Part shown: positions 1 through 12,326 of the stretch, one piece after another
Position numbering within the stretch: position 1 is the first letter of the stretch
How the letters are laid out: each line of letters starts with the position of its first letter
NCBI RefSeq assembly: GCF_000143415.4
Contig: NW_003314261.1
Span: forward strand, 1,440,117 to 1,504,116
Length of the DNA: 64,000 nucleotides
DNA from: Selaginella moellendorffii
Taxonomy: Eukaryota; Plantae; Lycopodiophyta
Direction: 5' to 3'
The notes under the pieces: model-generated
What the model saw: only the letters and a program-made list of their open reading frames with translations
Database searches by the model: none
Told to the model about the DNA's origin: nothing
Made by a program: the position numbers and the translations under genes

Positions 1-17
1 GTTCCAAACGGAAGGGG

Positions 18-2804
18 ATGGAAACCAAGCAGGATGTCCACAATTGGTGCAAGATCAAGACCACACACTTCCAACATTTTGAAGGCACAGTGTCTATAGT
101 TCATTGTGGCGGGCATTTAGATTGTGTGGATGAAGCATGCAATCGAGACCGCTCTAGAAACTCTATATTTTTCGAAGGGTCTGCAGTCAATCCTCCAGCA
201 TGTGACACCATTGCTGTTGGATTCAAATGTCGATTCTGCAAAAATGCTCCTCTATGTCGTGCTATCTGCGATGCCAAGATGTACTACTTTCTTCCACGGG
301 ATGGAGTGGCTGGAAGAGCTGCAGTGCATGTTGGCACACATATGCATCCAATGCAGGAAGGGATACAAAGGAGTTCTCTCAACCGTTTCAAAGATGCTGT
401 ACAGGAAGAGACTATGAGAAACTCATCTGCAACTCCGAAGCATGTTCAGAAGACCGTCCTCAAGGATTTTATCGCAAATACCTTACTCAATCCAGGTTGC
501 CAAAAGACTCAACTAAATGAGGCTAGCTTGCGGGACTTACTACGAGGAGTACAACCTGCTACTAGCCTAAGGAGGTACATCCGTTATTTTTCATACGTTA
601 TAATAATAATTTTTTCTTACATTATATTGTTTAGGATAAAATCTTGGATGTGTGAATCTCGAGAGGGGAAGTTGCAATCAAAAATTGACTCTATCCTTGA
701 ATTGAAACGGACTTGTCCATACGAGTTCATCCACGGAAGTTTGTTTCCAGACCAAGTTGTGAATGAGCAAGAGCGCCCCTTCGTCTTCAAAATGTCTACC
801 ATGGGCCCTGCCTCTGGCGTAGATCTTGTCTCCCGAATGGACATGTTTGGGTCCAGTGACCTTGCAAATGCATGGGTACATTTTGACCATATGGAGCGTG
901 TATCCGGTTGGACAACCATGGAAGCTCATGTGTATGATCCAAGGTAATTTTTATTCTCATTATATTGAAATTGTTATGATATTTATGTTTTCATAGGCTA
1001 CGTTGTAACTTAACAATTGCGACAGCAGAGTTTAAAGTACAAGACCAGACAGCACAGGAAATATTTTGGAAGTCCCTCTCTGATATTGTCCTAAAGCGGA
1101 CTGGTAAGCCTGCAAACTTTCGTGGTTTCATGGCAGATGGGGCTGGTGCAAACTGGAATGGTATCCGAGCAGTTTTTGGGAATGGTCAACCATTGGAAGG
1201 TCGTGAGAGGACTTGTGAGTTCCATTGGGCTCAAAGCCTAAACCAGCACTGCCACCTTATCAAGCCAGAGTTTCAATCAATATTTAAGGAGTTGTGCAAA
1301 CAATGGCAAGTTGCACCTTCTGAAGAAGAGCATGAGGCAAAAGCAAACGAGATCCGAATGTGGTGGCGTGAAGATGGCCATACAGACGTAAGTTGCCTAC
1401 CACAACTTGAGTCATGGTTAGGATGGTGGGAAGTTAGGATGTTCCAATGGGGACATCACTCTTTTCAGGTTGGTTTATATTTTTTCTTCTCCTTTTATTA
1501 CCTTTTAATATTGCCTTTTCCATTAGGATCAACCACTTGAGGACCTCGCATACACCCCAACTGTGAATCTCTCCGAAAGTAAGCATTGGAGTTGGCGTTC
1601 CTCTGAGGCAGGGAAAGGGAAGATGAGTCTATACGAAGCCTGTCTATCAGATTTGATACGTGCTATAGAGCAATCTTCAAAAGCACTGGCATTCGAGGAA
1701 GGAAGATATATGGGAACAGGGCCTTCTGTTGAGATGTTACATGATAGGATGAAGAGAAAATTAACTCCACCTGCCCGAACAGTGGCAACTGCAGTTGAGG
1801 AAGTGGTTCGTGGCACATCTATGGAGTACACTCCCCGAGCTTCTATTGGTGATATGAAGACTGTCCGCTCAAAGCGTCGTTTTTCCTTTGCTGGGGAAGA
1901 TGTTGGTACGGACCTTGGAGCAAAAAGCTCCCACAGGCCTGATGTCGAGTACCATTCTGCTCCAAGACACCGCTCTCGGACTGAGCCACCTCAAGTGGCT
2001 GATGAAGAGAGTGCATCTCAACAGGTTGAAATTGCTTACCGTAGTGTGGAGCCGAAGCAATGGGCAATCCGACGTGTGCCAGCAAAATCAAATGTAAGGT
2101 GTGTGGGGATGCTTCCGAGGGGCAAGTGTTGGGCCTGGATTCGTGGTGAAAAATCTGCTTCTGTTCCAGCCCCATGTTTCTATGGGGAACGAAAGCAAGC
2201 AGGATTTTCAAGATGGTGCTGGCTATATTGTTGCAACACCGACGCCAACCATACGAAGCGGCTTGAAGACACTATAATGACTAAACCTGATGCAGTACCT
2301 AAAGAATGGCCGGTTGCTAATGGGGTCGCGCTCACCTCGGATGAGATTGAAAACCTTGAGAAATCTGGTTTTAATCTTGAGAGGAGAGTTGGAGACATGA
2401 GTGACAGGAGCAGGACTATTCCTACAGAGATGCACAGGAGGCCAGCACGAAAAGGTAAAGCAGTTAAATTTATTGGTACCGTCTCCAAGCAGAAGCAAGG
2501 TAAAATAAACTTGGCTCAAACACTTGAGTGTGAGATTCTCTCCACGAAGTACATCACTGCGCTTGCAAAGGAGTACATAGTCAAAACAGAAGGTGGAGAG
2601 TACACAATTGCCATTCACGACTTTCCTTCTTGCACATGTCCAGACTTTATGAAGCGCGAGGAACATGGGAAGGCATATGCTCCTTGCAAGCATATGTACT
2701 ACATCTTCATCAACATCTTGCACCAGGATCCTAAAGTGGATATTCATATACACCAAGCAAGCCTTACTATTGCTGAGTTGCAAAAAACTTTTGGAGCTAA
2801 TTAA
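18..2804 (+). mobile_element. MULE/Mutator-like transposase with C-terminal SWIM zinc finger (4 exons; 5' end probably extends beyond the window)
   Basis: GT-AG introns at ~575-634, 944-996 and ~1469-1527 join the ORFs in frame. Contains FRGFMADG...RTCEFHWAQSL (D...CxxH of MULE DDE transposases) and SWIM motif CTCPDF-x12-CKHMYY. Confidence 0.75.
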
Positions 2805-2895
2805 ATTTCTCCAACACTATCGATGTTTATTCTCTATCAATAAAACTTATTATACTTTATATAATTAATACAAATGTGCTTTTTCATTTCACTTT

Positions 2896-3348
2896 TCATT
2901 TTATATGCTTTCGAGTGTTCTTCTCGCAATACTGCCCATAGTACTCGTGTGTCTCCATTTCTGTCTTTACCATCTCAAAAAAGATTTCATGGTAGTCTTT
3001 CGGGTGCGTGATGTTGCAGTGTGTCGCAAGAGCATATATACCATCATACTGATCATTGCCATTGTTTCCACCAGACGCTAGAAAACATATGGGGCACTTC
3101 TTGAAAGTGGCAGAATTGCATTTTTCTAAAACAAGTAAGAGGGCATTCTTTTTCACCCAATTTGTTGCACCCTCTGTCATTGCATTTATCTCCAACTCAT
3201 GATCACTATCCTCACTATCCTCTCTTTCATTCTCTTGTGTGATTTGGTTATGCTGTGCAATGGGATAGTTATTGCATCTCCTAGCCCTTGAGCCCTGGGA
3301 AGAAAGATTGTGAGAGTTAAAATTACCAACACTAGAACCCATAGACAT
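2896..3348 (-). CDS. 150-aa accessory ORF convergent with the transposase; acidic stretch plus CPxC..H..H zinc finger (zf-XS-like)
   Basis: Intact ATG-to-stop ORF containing CPICFLASGGNNGNDQYDGIYALATHCNITHPKDYH; tail-to-tail with the transposase. Confidence 0.5.
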   Translation of the reverse strand: MSMGSSVGNFNSHNLSSQGSRARRCNNYPIAQHNQITQENEREDSEDSDHELEINAMTEGATNWVKKNALLLVLEKCNSATFKKCPICFLASGGNNGNDQYDGIYALATHCNITHPKDYHEIFFEMVKTEMETHEYYGQYCEKNTRKHIK

Positions 3349-3869
3349 TTGTGGGTGTATTTCCCTTTTTTTGAATGAGAGTGTGAATGAAGATCTATAA
3401 ATTCTAGACAGTATGCTACGACAAACCCCTCAAGAATGTATTCTACAAAGAACCAAGTCTTTCTTTTATATGCAATAAGCTTACATCAATGGTTATTTTT
3501 TTTCCTTTCAAACGGTTATATGGTTTCACATAGAATCTTATTTCAAATTTAATAATTTTTTAATTCTGACAAACTTAACATTTACTAGCCAAAAAGCATA
3601 GAGTACAAATTTAAAGAAGTGACAAGAATACTCTTTTTTCAAACATTTTATTTTATGTTCTAACAAATGTCCCTATCATTGCATGTAGTAAATATTTAAA
3701 TTATTAGAACAAAATGTGTTCTTTAGAACATTTTTATCTATATAATATATAGAGAGTTATTAAATTATTAGGTTCGCCATAACCTTAAAATTTTAAAATT
3801 TATAATGTTTGTACTAAATTACAATTGAAAATTGAGCTCAACTCGTGAGCTCAACTCTTCAACTCGTGA

Positions 3870-5468
3870 GCTCAAGTATGGTCCGCGCCCCAAAGATGTA
3901 GTAGAGAGCATAATAATTGGTGGTTGAACGCCCTCACCAAACCACACATCTTTAACGCCACCATACTCCAGCGAGACACACTTAATACTCCACTTTATCT
4001 TTAGATCCACCTCACAAACCATAGTATCCCAAAAATGAGATCCACACGATGGATATCCGCGAGATAAAAAATCTCCACAAGTGTGGTTTTGCCAACCAAC
4101 ACTTCCAGCCCCTCGACACAAGCATTAAAATGCTAAGTAGAGGTAGCTACACCTTCCACCATTTATGGAAGAACTCTGCATGTGACCAGGCTATGCTCCA
4201 CAATAAACTTTGCCGAAACAAAGTTGTCATTGCTCCCACTATCCAGTAAAATCTGCACTGGATCACCATGGAACACGCCCTCCAGCATTAAAGTTAATTC
4301 ACAAGTATCCTCGAGCTCCATCTTGTTCCACACACAGTTGAGTTAACGAGCAATGATCGAAAATCTCTTCCTCCAACCAGAATGGTTGTTTTCGTCATCC
4401 TCACGTTGCAAAGTTTGCAACTTTTTAGTATCTGATTTACCATGAGTAGAAGATTGGCCATTCTTCTTGTCTAGCTGCTTGTTCTTCAACTGTGGACAAT
4501 TGGCCTTGTAGTGTCCAAGTTCGCTGTAATGATGACAACCCTGTCTATAATTCTTCACAAAGAACTTCTGCTTCTTGGATGCCTTTGTATCCAAAGTAGT
4601 CACCACCAACTTCAACTTATGATGCTTGTTCCCATCCTCGTGTCCACGGCGATCATCATGAAGATTCTTAACAGAAGGATTCCATGAACACTTGCGAGAC
4701 TTGTGCTTGTCATTGTCAAGTCGATGAGCCGCATTAAAGAGCTCCTCCAAACTCTTTGTAGGTTGAGAATGATGCAAGTGTTGCTGCATGCTTTCACTAT
4801 ATAGGCCATCAATGAAGTAGGACTTGTTCTAATCTGGATCCTTTGTTGAAACATGACTAATCAAGCAAGTAAGCTTCTCAATATAGTCCCTGAGCGTCAT
4901 TTCCCCTTGCTGAAAATATCAAAGTTCTATACGAGCATTCTCCACGTCGTAATGAGGGGCAAAACATAAATAGAAAGTAGCCTCAAACTCATCCATGGTA
5001 GACACTAGTGGTTTCTTATCCGCAACACGAGACTTTTCAAGCCAATTCCACCATTGAAGATCTGCATCACGCAAAACCATTGGAATAGCCACTAAAGCCT
5101 TTACATCTGGAGTTCCTCTAGCAGCCAAGAACTTCTTAACATTGGCTAGCCAAGTGAGACACTTGTCCACACCACCATCATCGGAAAAGGTTGGAATCTT
5201 GAGTTGATTTACCAAAGAAGGCTTACTTGGAGTGCTACCTTGTCCAACCTTGAGTGCCTTAACACGCCCAAGCATGGTATCCATCATGCCATACATCTTG
5301 TCTTGCATAACTTGCTGATTTCGATTAAGGGCTTGCAGCTCATGAACCACATCTTGAATGGTCCAAATCTCCGTAGCTTCGTTGGCACCATCGTCGGCAT
5401 CACCATCAACAATAGGATTCTAGCATTCAGCTTGGTTAGTCATCGCAACCAACCTCCCTTTGATACCA
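3870..5468 (-). mobile_element. Ty3/gypsy LTR retrotransposon remnant: PBS, gag and aspartic protease (broken by stops)
   Basis: PBS-Met TGGTATCA on minus strand at 5461-5468 next to a ...AACA LTR end. Gag-like ORF 4919-5350, degenerate zinc knuckle (CHHYSELGHYKANCP) in 4343-4789, and protease VQILLDSGSNDNFVS at ~4205-4258. Confidence 0.85.
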
Positions 5469-5469
5469 A

Positions 5470-8400
5470 TGTTATGATCTGACGCAAAAAGATAAAGATT
5501 TAGTTGCCCTAGACTATGCTATGCCACCTCTTGAGGTTCCTCACCACCCAACCACCCCCCAGCTACCTCAAAAGCTTCACTGCGCCACCGCTCCATTGTG
5601 AGCCCTAGGGTAGGGTTGAGTCCTTTACCCTAACATGCCTTAATATACCCTTGAGCCTCCCTTTGACCAATGTTGACCACACTCAAAGTTGGTGCCTAAC
5701 ACTAAGGGTGCTAAGGTGTGGTCAAGGGATGACCACTTATGGACAGATGGCCCAATTTTTGGGAGACAGGTTTATGGTATAGATGGTTTTGGATTACTAA
5801 TGAGACAAAGATGAATAGATATGGCCTTAGCATAATGGGCTAACATATCAGTGTTACCTTTGGATGTTTGTAATAGAATTGGACATGTGGAACACTTGGA
5901 CCAAGTGCAAAGGCTGAATGGCATAAATGCCATTCATTGGGCTAGAATGTCCTTAAGTCGGGAATAAGACTTATGGAGGTTGTGAATGAGTGGTCAAAAG
6001 TGTGGTTAAGTGACTAAAGTAGAATGAAAAATTTAGTATCTTACAATTTGGTATTGGAGCTATTCCTTAATCCAAATTTCATTAGTAGTCAAGTATATCA
6101 CCACTTGTATTAGCATCAGAAAGTCCCAGTAGTGGGCATATTCTCGAGGAGTAGCATGTTGAGAAGGCATGACTTTCCACTTTAGTTTATATGTGAACAT
6201 GTAGGTAATGTAGTGAATAAAAAGGGGCCAATAAAGGAATAACTTTGGGATTTTGGGAATAGTGAAAGGTTTTCCTCAAAGAGTTGAGAATGTGATTTTT
6301 ATTATTGCAAATATGATTTTGGGTATCGAAAGTTACTTGTCGACTATCTTTTTGGATATTCTTTCTTTACTGCCACAATGGCAGAAGGTTGGTATTGCTA
6401 GATCCTTTATCAATCTCTGCTTAAACTAGTTGAGAAATTGATCATCACATATGCACTTAGACCAAAAGGGCATTAAGGAAGGAAATTCTAAGTTGTCATT
6501 TAGTCAAGCATATTTGACACGGTGATGAGAAATTCATGATGTTGACTTACACTTGCTAGTGTTGGGAACATCTGCGATATTAAGTTTGATCCCTTAATAT
6601 TTGCTACATGATAGCTTACTATGTCTGCCATACACCCTCACTATCATGCTTTTTGTGTTAGTTTCATTTCAGTCCTAAATGCTATTTATGAAAAGTGTTT
6701 AGATTTGCTTATGTGGCATATTTACAGAATGTAGAGATTGTCTTGAACACAATAGTGTTTGTCCCATGTCTAAATTCGCAACTTAGAGACATTCCATATT
6801 TAGTAAGTTTCAAATTTGTCTTAGAGACTAACTCTTGGTATTAAGGGTGGTTAAGGGTGAAAACCTAGGGGGGGGGGGGAGGGGGATGTGGGGGGTTTCA
6901 AATGTATAGTAGAGATAGTGGGTAGGTCGGGCATGGCTAACCAACTTGAAATATAATCTAACTCTTGCTTGTGTGCTTGTCCTTGTTTTGTGTCCGACTT
7001 GGGTCTAAGCTTAAGTTTCATTCCATGCTAGTTGGTGGAGTACTCATATCCTTGCGTTAAGCCATCAGTATGCTAAAATAGCACCAGACTCTATTTGGCT
7101 CTATTTTTCATACTAGTCCTAGCATTGGAATGCTAGATATTCTAAGACTATTCTAAGTCACTCTGTGCTCATGTCCCTTCGCTCTTTAGCTCCATACTTA
7201 GGAGTTTGGCTCTATACCTTCATTCAATGGCCCAAGGCCTTAAAGCTCGGGTTCCACACCACTGTCCTTTGGACACGTGGCATGTGCCATATGGTATATG
7301 TAGGTTCTGCTTTGTAGTTATTCTATAGTAAATCACCATAGAATAAAGGGTAAAAACCACATGCACTACATTTGGTATTAGGGGATATATATCACCGAAT
7401 ACTATCTAAGGAGATTGGGAAACTAGTTTCGTTGCATACGTAGAGATGAAAACGATAGTTCGAGTGAGTACACATTTGGGTGCAAATGCTTTGCAATCGT
7501 TCCTTGGGTATGAAATTTAGTTACCTTTCATACTAAATTATATGTTAGCTTGCTCTTGGGCTCATAAGATGGACTGAGATGCTCTATTTGCACAAGTTGG
7601 CACTTGGGTTCATGAGTGAGGCACATTAGCACAAGTATATGCTTGGGCTCGTAAATGAGGCACATTAGCAACTCGAGGTTACACTTTGAGTTGGCAAGAT
7701 TAATGATAGGCTATCGGTGGTTCCATGAGTTGTTCCATGTACCATAGATGAAAAGTAAACCTTCCTTGGGTTTGTTATGAGTGGCAAATAGGCTGGTCTA
7801 TAATTGTTTAGCACAACATTAGTGGATCCTTCCTAGGCATGACTATGATCATTGCCGTGCTCTCTCATAAATTTTTCTTAGTTAGACTAAAGACAATGCA
7901 AAAGCAAGTTTGAGGGTAAGTCAAAAGATGAGACCGAAAAGAGAGTTATTAGGGACAAAGGATTAAACATGTAAATCATTTTCTCTTTTTGGAGAAATGA
8001 TTGCAAACGAGGTATGACTCATTGCTTGTGTTCACATTATGCAATCAAGAGTCCTTACCTTGATGCATGTGAAAAATGATGGTCTTATAAGTGGTGAGTT
8101 ATAGGATGAATAGCAATGAAGCATTAAATTATTTTATCTAGGCTTGATATTGAAGGTTTTGGTTAAATGTTCAATTCTTTTTCGGAGAACTTTACTATTG
8201 CTCATTGAGTAGTTTAGTGTTGGATTAGTTTTGACTTTGGTCGGAAAAAGAGTGATATGAGCTTATCCGTATTGTGAACAAAAGTTAATGGTGTTGGGTG
8301 GTGTAAAGTTCTATTGGTAGAGTGTAGCATTTATGTTGCATTTTGTCGAATCAAGTTGGCACTTGATAGTCATATAAACCTTTGAAGTAATTACATAGGT

Positions 8401-9380
8401 GTTGCTCATGGTGTTGTTCAATTGATGATTAAGTCATTGTGATTTTGCAAGTAGTAATATTATAGTAGCTTTGACTTGGCTCTCAATCGCAATCCATTAT
8501 GCTAAACTTATGTATGTACCTTGTTCCTTAAGAGTTTGCCTATTAAGTGATGGAAAAGGATTATAACATTCATTTACTATAGTTTATTAGTTTATTCATT
8601 AGCATTTGGAGTATGGATGGAGAAGGTATGAGGTTTGAGGCATTGACATCGCTAACACTTGTGTTAGTGGAAGTGGCATTGTTATTTTAAATGATGAAGA
8701 ATTTTCTTAAACCTTGATTTTTTATGTCATTTTTTTTGTTAGTACTTTTTGTTGTGCTATCAATCTCTCTATTAGGTTCTTTCAAAATTTACTAATGCAG
8801 TTTATTAATATTTTGGCATTATTATTAAGTTTTTAATAACATATATTATATAATATACACAATCAAACCAAGTGTTACTACAATATAAAATGTAGCAATT
8901 TATTTTTTCCTCAAGCAGGCAAGATTTAATATTGGTATAAAGCATTGGAATATTCCATTAAATATCAATTAGTAGTGATAATAAGAACAAGTTTTTTGTC
9001 ATGTAAAAAATATTTTAACATTATATTATTAATATAATATTATTAAGATATTTAGTAAGGTAATATAACAGTTTATCCTATGTTTAACACTTGGCTTAAT
9101 AAGATAAATTGTTTTAGTATAAAACTGAATTATTAATGAGGTTTTTATAAAATTAGTAATAATGACAATTTATATACACTACATTCTATTCACATTTTTG
9201 TATTCATATTTTATCATATTTGTAAACAGCAGTACGGTAAGAGTTTGAATCCTTAAGTCCAGTTCATGTGCATAATCTAACTTAAGAAAATCTTAACTAG
9301 TGTGACTATACAATTAGTGTACAAACTGGATGTGTAGAAAAAGCAGGAACTGATGCTAATATTGATATTTTTTTTTCTTC
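5470..9380. mobile_element. Degenerate LTR-retroelement sequence (LTR-like and pol-like remnants)
   Basis: No long ORFs. 5925-6300 matches 10700-11070; 6300-6910 matches the reverse of 13121-14630 and 34870-35470; 5700-6030 matches the reverse of 42300-42650. Confidence 0.6.
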
Positions 9381-9480
9381 NNNNNNNNNNNNNNNNNNNN
9401 NNNNNNNNNNNNNNNNNNNNNNNNNNNNNNNNNNNNNNNNNNNNNNNNNNNNNNNNNNNNNNNNNNNNNNNNNNNNNNNN
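9381..9480. other. Assembly gap (100 N)
   Basis: Run of N. Confidence 1.
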
Positions 9481-9869
9481 TTATTTAGTGTGATAGATCT
9501 TCTTTGACATCAAGCTCTAGTTGTCTTTATATAAATGAGTGTGGAAAATAATTTATTTAGTATATATATTCTATAGAAATAAATTCTAAGCTAAATACAA
9601 AATCCATTCACCCAATCATGGATTTACATAGAAAAGTGATAAAAAACCCATGACTAAGAGTTTAAATCTCAAGTAAAACACAAAACATTGGCATTTCTTT
9701 TACTTATTTATAATGTAATATTTCATTTCAAGAAAAAAAAATCATTCACATGGCAAGATTAGTTAAGCTAAACTAGGCTTATTTTAACTAATCTCAATCC
9801 TTCAAAAGACCATTTAGGTACTATAACATGGTATGGGATCTTTATACTTGTAAATATACTAGCTTTTTT

Positions 9870-10360
9870 AGCATGGCTATATATCCTTGTGTGAGTGTAT
9901 AAAATAGGGAAATGAATATAAAAATGTTAAGAGGAAGTGGCTTGGATTGAAATCAATCCAATAGCTACAAAAATCCCACCATGCTAATAATATATGGCAT
10001 TATAGTTGTACATTTGGATTTCATATCATCCTTTCCTCTTGGAAGGATGGAAAGCAATTCAGTTTTTATGATTGATGGGTAGGGATTTAGAGAAATATTA
10101 TAGTGGATCTATAAGTGGTGTTAATTATTTCTAATCCTTTTATACAAAGCATTTTGATTGCTACACATGTATAATTTATGGAGGAATGGCCTATTGAATA
10201 TCATACCAAACCTTATAAACTTGCAGTCTAATTGCACTCGATAGTCCTTTCCACTAAGAAAAGAACCCTTTGTACAAATTATGCACTATACAATTAACAC
10301 CAAGTCATTCACTTTATACTCTATAGATGGATAGTGATGGGACTTATAGTGTTGTTGTTG
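9870..10360 (-). mobile_element. Gypsy integrase 3' end / LTR remnant
   Basis: Reverse-complement similarity to 57350-57800 and 14840-15350. Confidence 0.6.
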
Positions 10361-10789
10361 TCCCACTTGTGAACGGCCTAAGTGTTCAATAGACTCCACT
10401 TGAACAAGTGGAAGAATACTCATCAAATATTAATCTAAAGACTTAATATCGACAGCTTGTAGCAATGACAATGGTAAAATCAACTAAATTGCAAGAGAAT
10501 TTAGGAATTCATAGATGGATGGTTAACACTCCGTTGCTCATGCAATAAATAGTTGAAACTAAGTAAGACTAAATAGGAGCTATTACAATAAGTGGGAACT
10601 TTAGCAAGGGACTTTAACTAAAGTTAAGACAATGGTGGTCAGATAAATAAGGTAAATTGATAAATTGGGAAGGAAAACTTTATAACTTACACTAAGTGGC
10701 CCAAATGCCATTCACAAGGCTAGCAAGTCCTCAAGTCAGGAATAAGACTTATAGAGGTTGTTGAGACTCTCTCAATTGGTGAAAGGTAT

Positions 10790-11792
10790 AGTTAAGTGAC
10801 TAAAGTAGAATGGAAAATTTAATTACTTGTAACTTTGTCTTAGAGTTGTTTCTTAGTTCGACTTTTATTGGTGGTTAAGTATATCACCACTTGATATTTG
10901 CATTAGAAGGTCCTAAAAGTGGCTGTATCCTTAAAGAGTAGCATGTTGAGAGGGCATGACTCTTTACTTAAGTTAATATGTGAATGTGTGGTGGATAAAA
11001 AAGGGTTAATAAGGAAACGACTTTAAAATTTTAGGAACAATAGAAGGTTTTCCTTAGAAAGTTGAGGATATGATTTATATAAATATTTAACTTAGTAAAT
11101 TGACTAATGTAGTTATGGTAAACCACTATAGTTGAGATCACAAGAATAATAAAGACTTTGAGACAATAAGGTCAAATACAGAGGAGGATATATATCCTTA
11201 AAATGGTAGCTAAGTTTACCTTTAATAATGATCAAAATAACCCAAGGAGTTGGGTGGTGTACTCAAAATATTCTTAAGGTTAAGTGTTTAAAGTAGAATG
11301 GTTTAAAAGTAAATATTCTTAGGTTAAGTGACTAAAGTAGAATAGAAAATTTAATTGCTTACAACTTTGTATTAGAGTTGTTCCTTAATCTAACTTTTAT
11401 TGGTGGTTAAATATATCACCACTTGATATTTGCATTAGAAGGTCCTAAGAGTGGTTATATCCTCAAAGAGTAGCATGTCGAGAGGGCATGACTCTCTACT
11501 TGAGTTAATACATGAATGTGTGGGTAATATGGTGGATAAAAAGGGTTAATAAGGGAACAATTTTAAAATTTTAGGAACAATAGAAGGTTTTCCTTAGAAA
11601 GTTGAGGATATGATTTATATAAACATTTAACTTAGCAAATTGACTAATGTAATTATGGTAAACCATTATAGTTGAGATCACAGGAACAATAAAGATTTTG
11701 AGACAATAAGGTCAAATATAGAGGAGGATATATATCCTTAAAATGGTAGTTAAGTCTACCTTTAATAATGACCAAAACAACCCAAGGAGTTG
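10790..11792. repeat. Tandem duplication of a ~530-bp-period unit of the LTR-like family
   Basis: gttaagtgactaaagtagaat...cccaaggagttgg occurs at ~10791-11253 and ~11323-11793. Confidence 0.85.
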
Positions 11793-12039
11793 GAGAATGT
11801 CTTTTTGTTTATAGGCTTTTTTCTTTTATGTTTGAACATTTTTGGATTATCTCTTAAATTATTCTCTTTTGGTTACTTACACTTTACTAATTATAATGTA
11901 TGGGTAATGTATGCGATAAAATGATGCTAACTAAGCACACTTGTACTCTCTTATAGCAAGACACCTTTAAGACCAATATTAGAAATATTTACAGTTGGCA
12001 TTATAAACATTTCCCAGAATAAATGACAAGAGTCATCGG

Positions 12040-12310
12040 ATGGGACCGAGTCGAAGATCGAGTCCAAGACCGACTCAGAGACCGAGTTCAAGATAGAGTC
12101 TGAGATCAAGCCGAGGCCGAATCGGAGACCGAGTTCGAGACCGAGTTCGAGACAGAGTTCGAGATCCAAATCGGGTCCGAGACCAAGTCCGAGGTCGAGT
12201 CCGAAGTCGAGTCTGAGATCGGGTCCGAGATCGAGTCCAAAATCGAGTCCGGGACCGAGTCCGAAGTCGGGTCCGAGATTGAGTCCGAGATCGATTCTGA
12301 GACTAAGTCT
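12040..12310. repeat. Degenerate hexamer array (CCGAGT/CCGAGA/TCGAGT)
   Basis: Tandem gagtcc/gagacc/gagatc units; an eroded reverse copy lies at ~43130-43330. Confidence 0.85.
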
Positions 12311-12326
12311 AAATACTAATACAGCT

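Noticed and set aside
11951-12169. LGLELGL-type ORFs here and at 43039-43425
   Set aside because: Translations of the hexamer array
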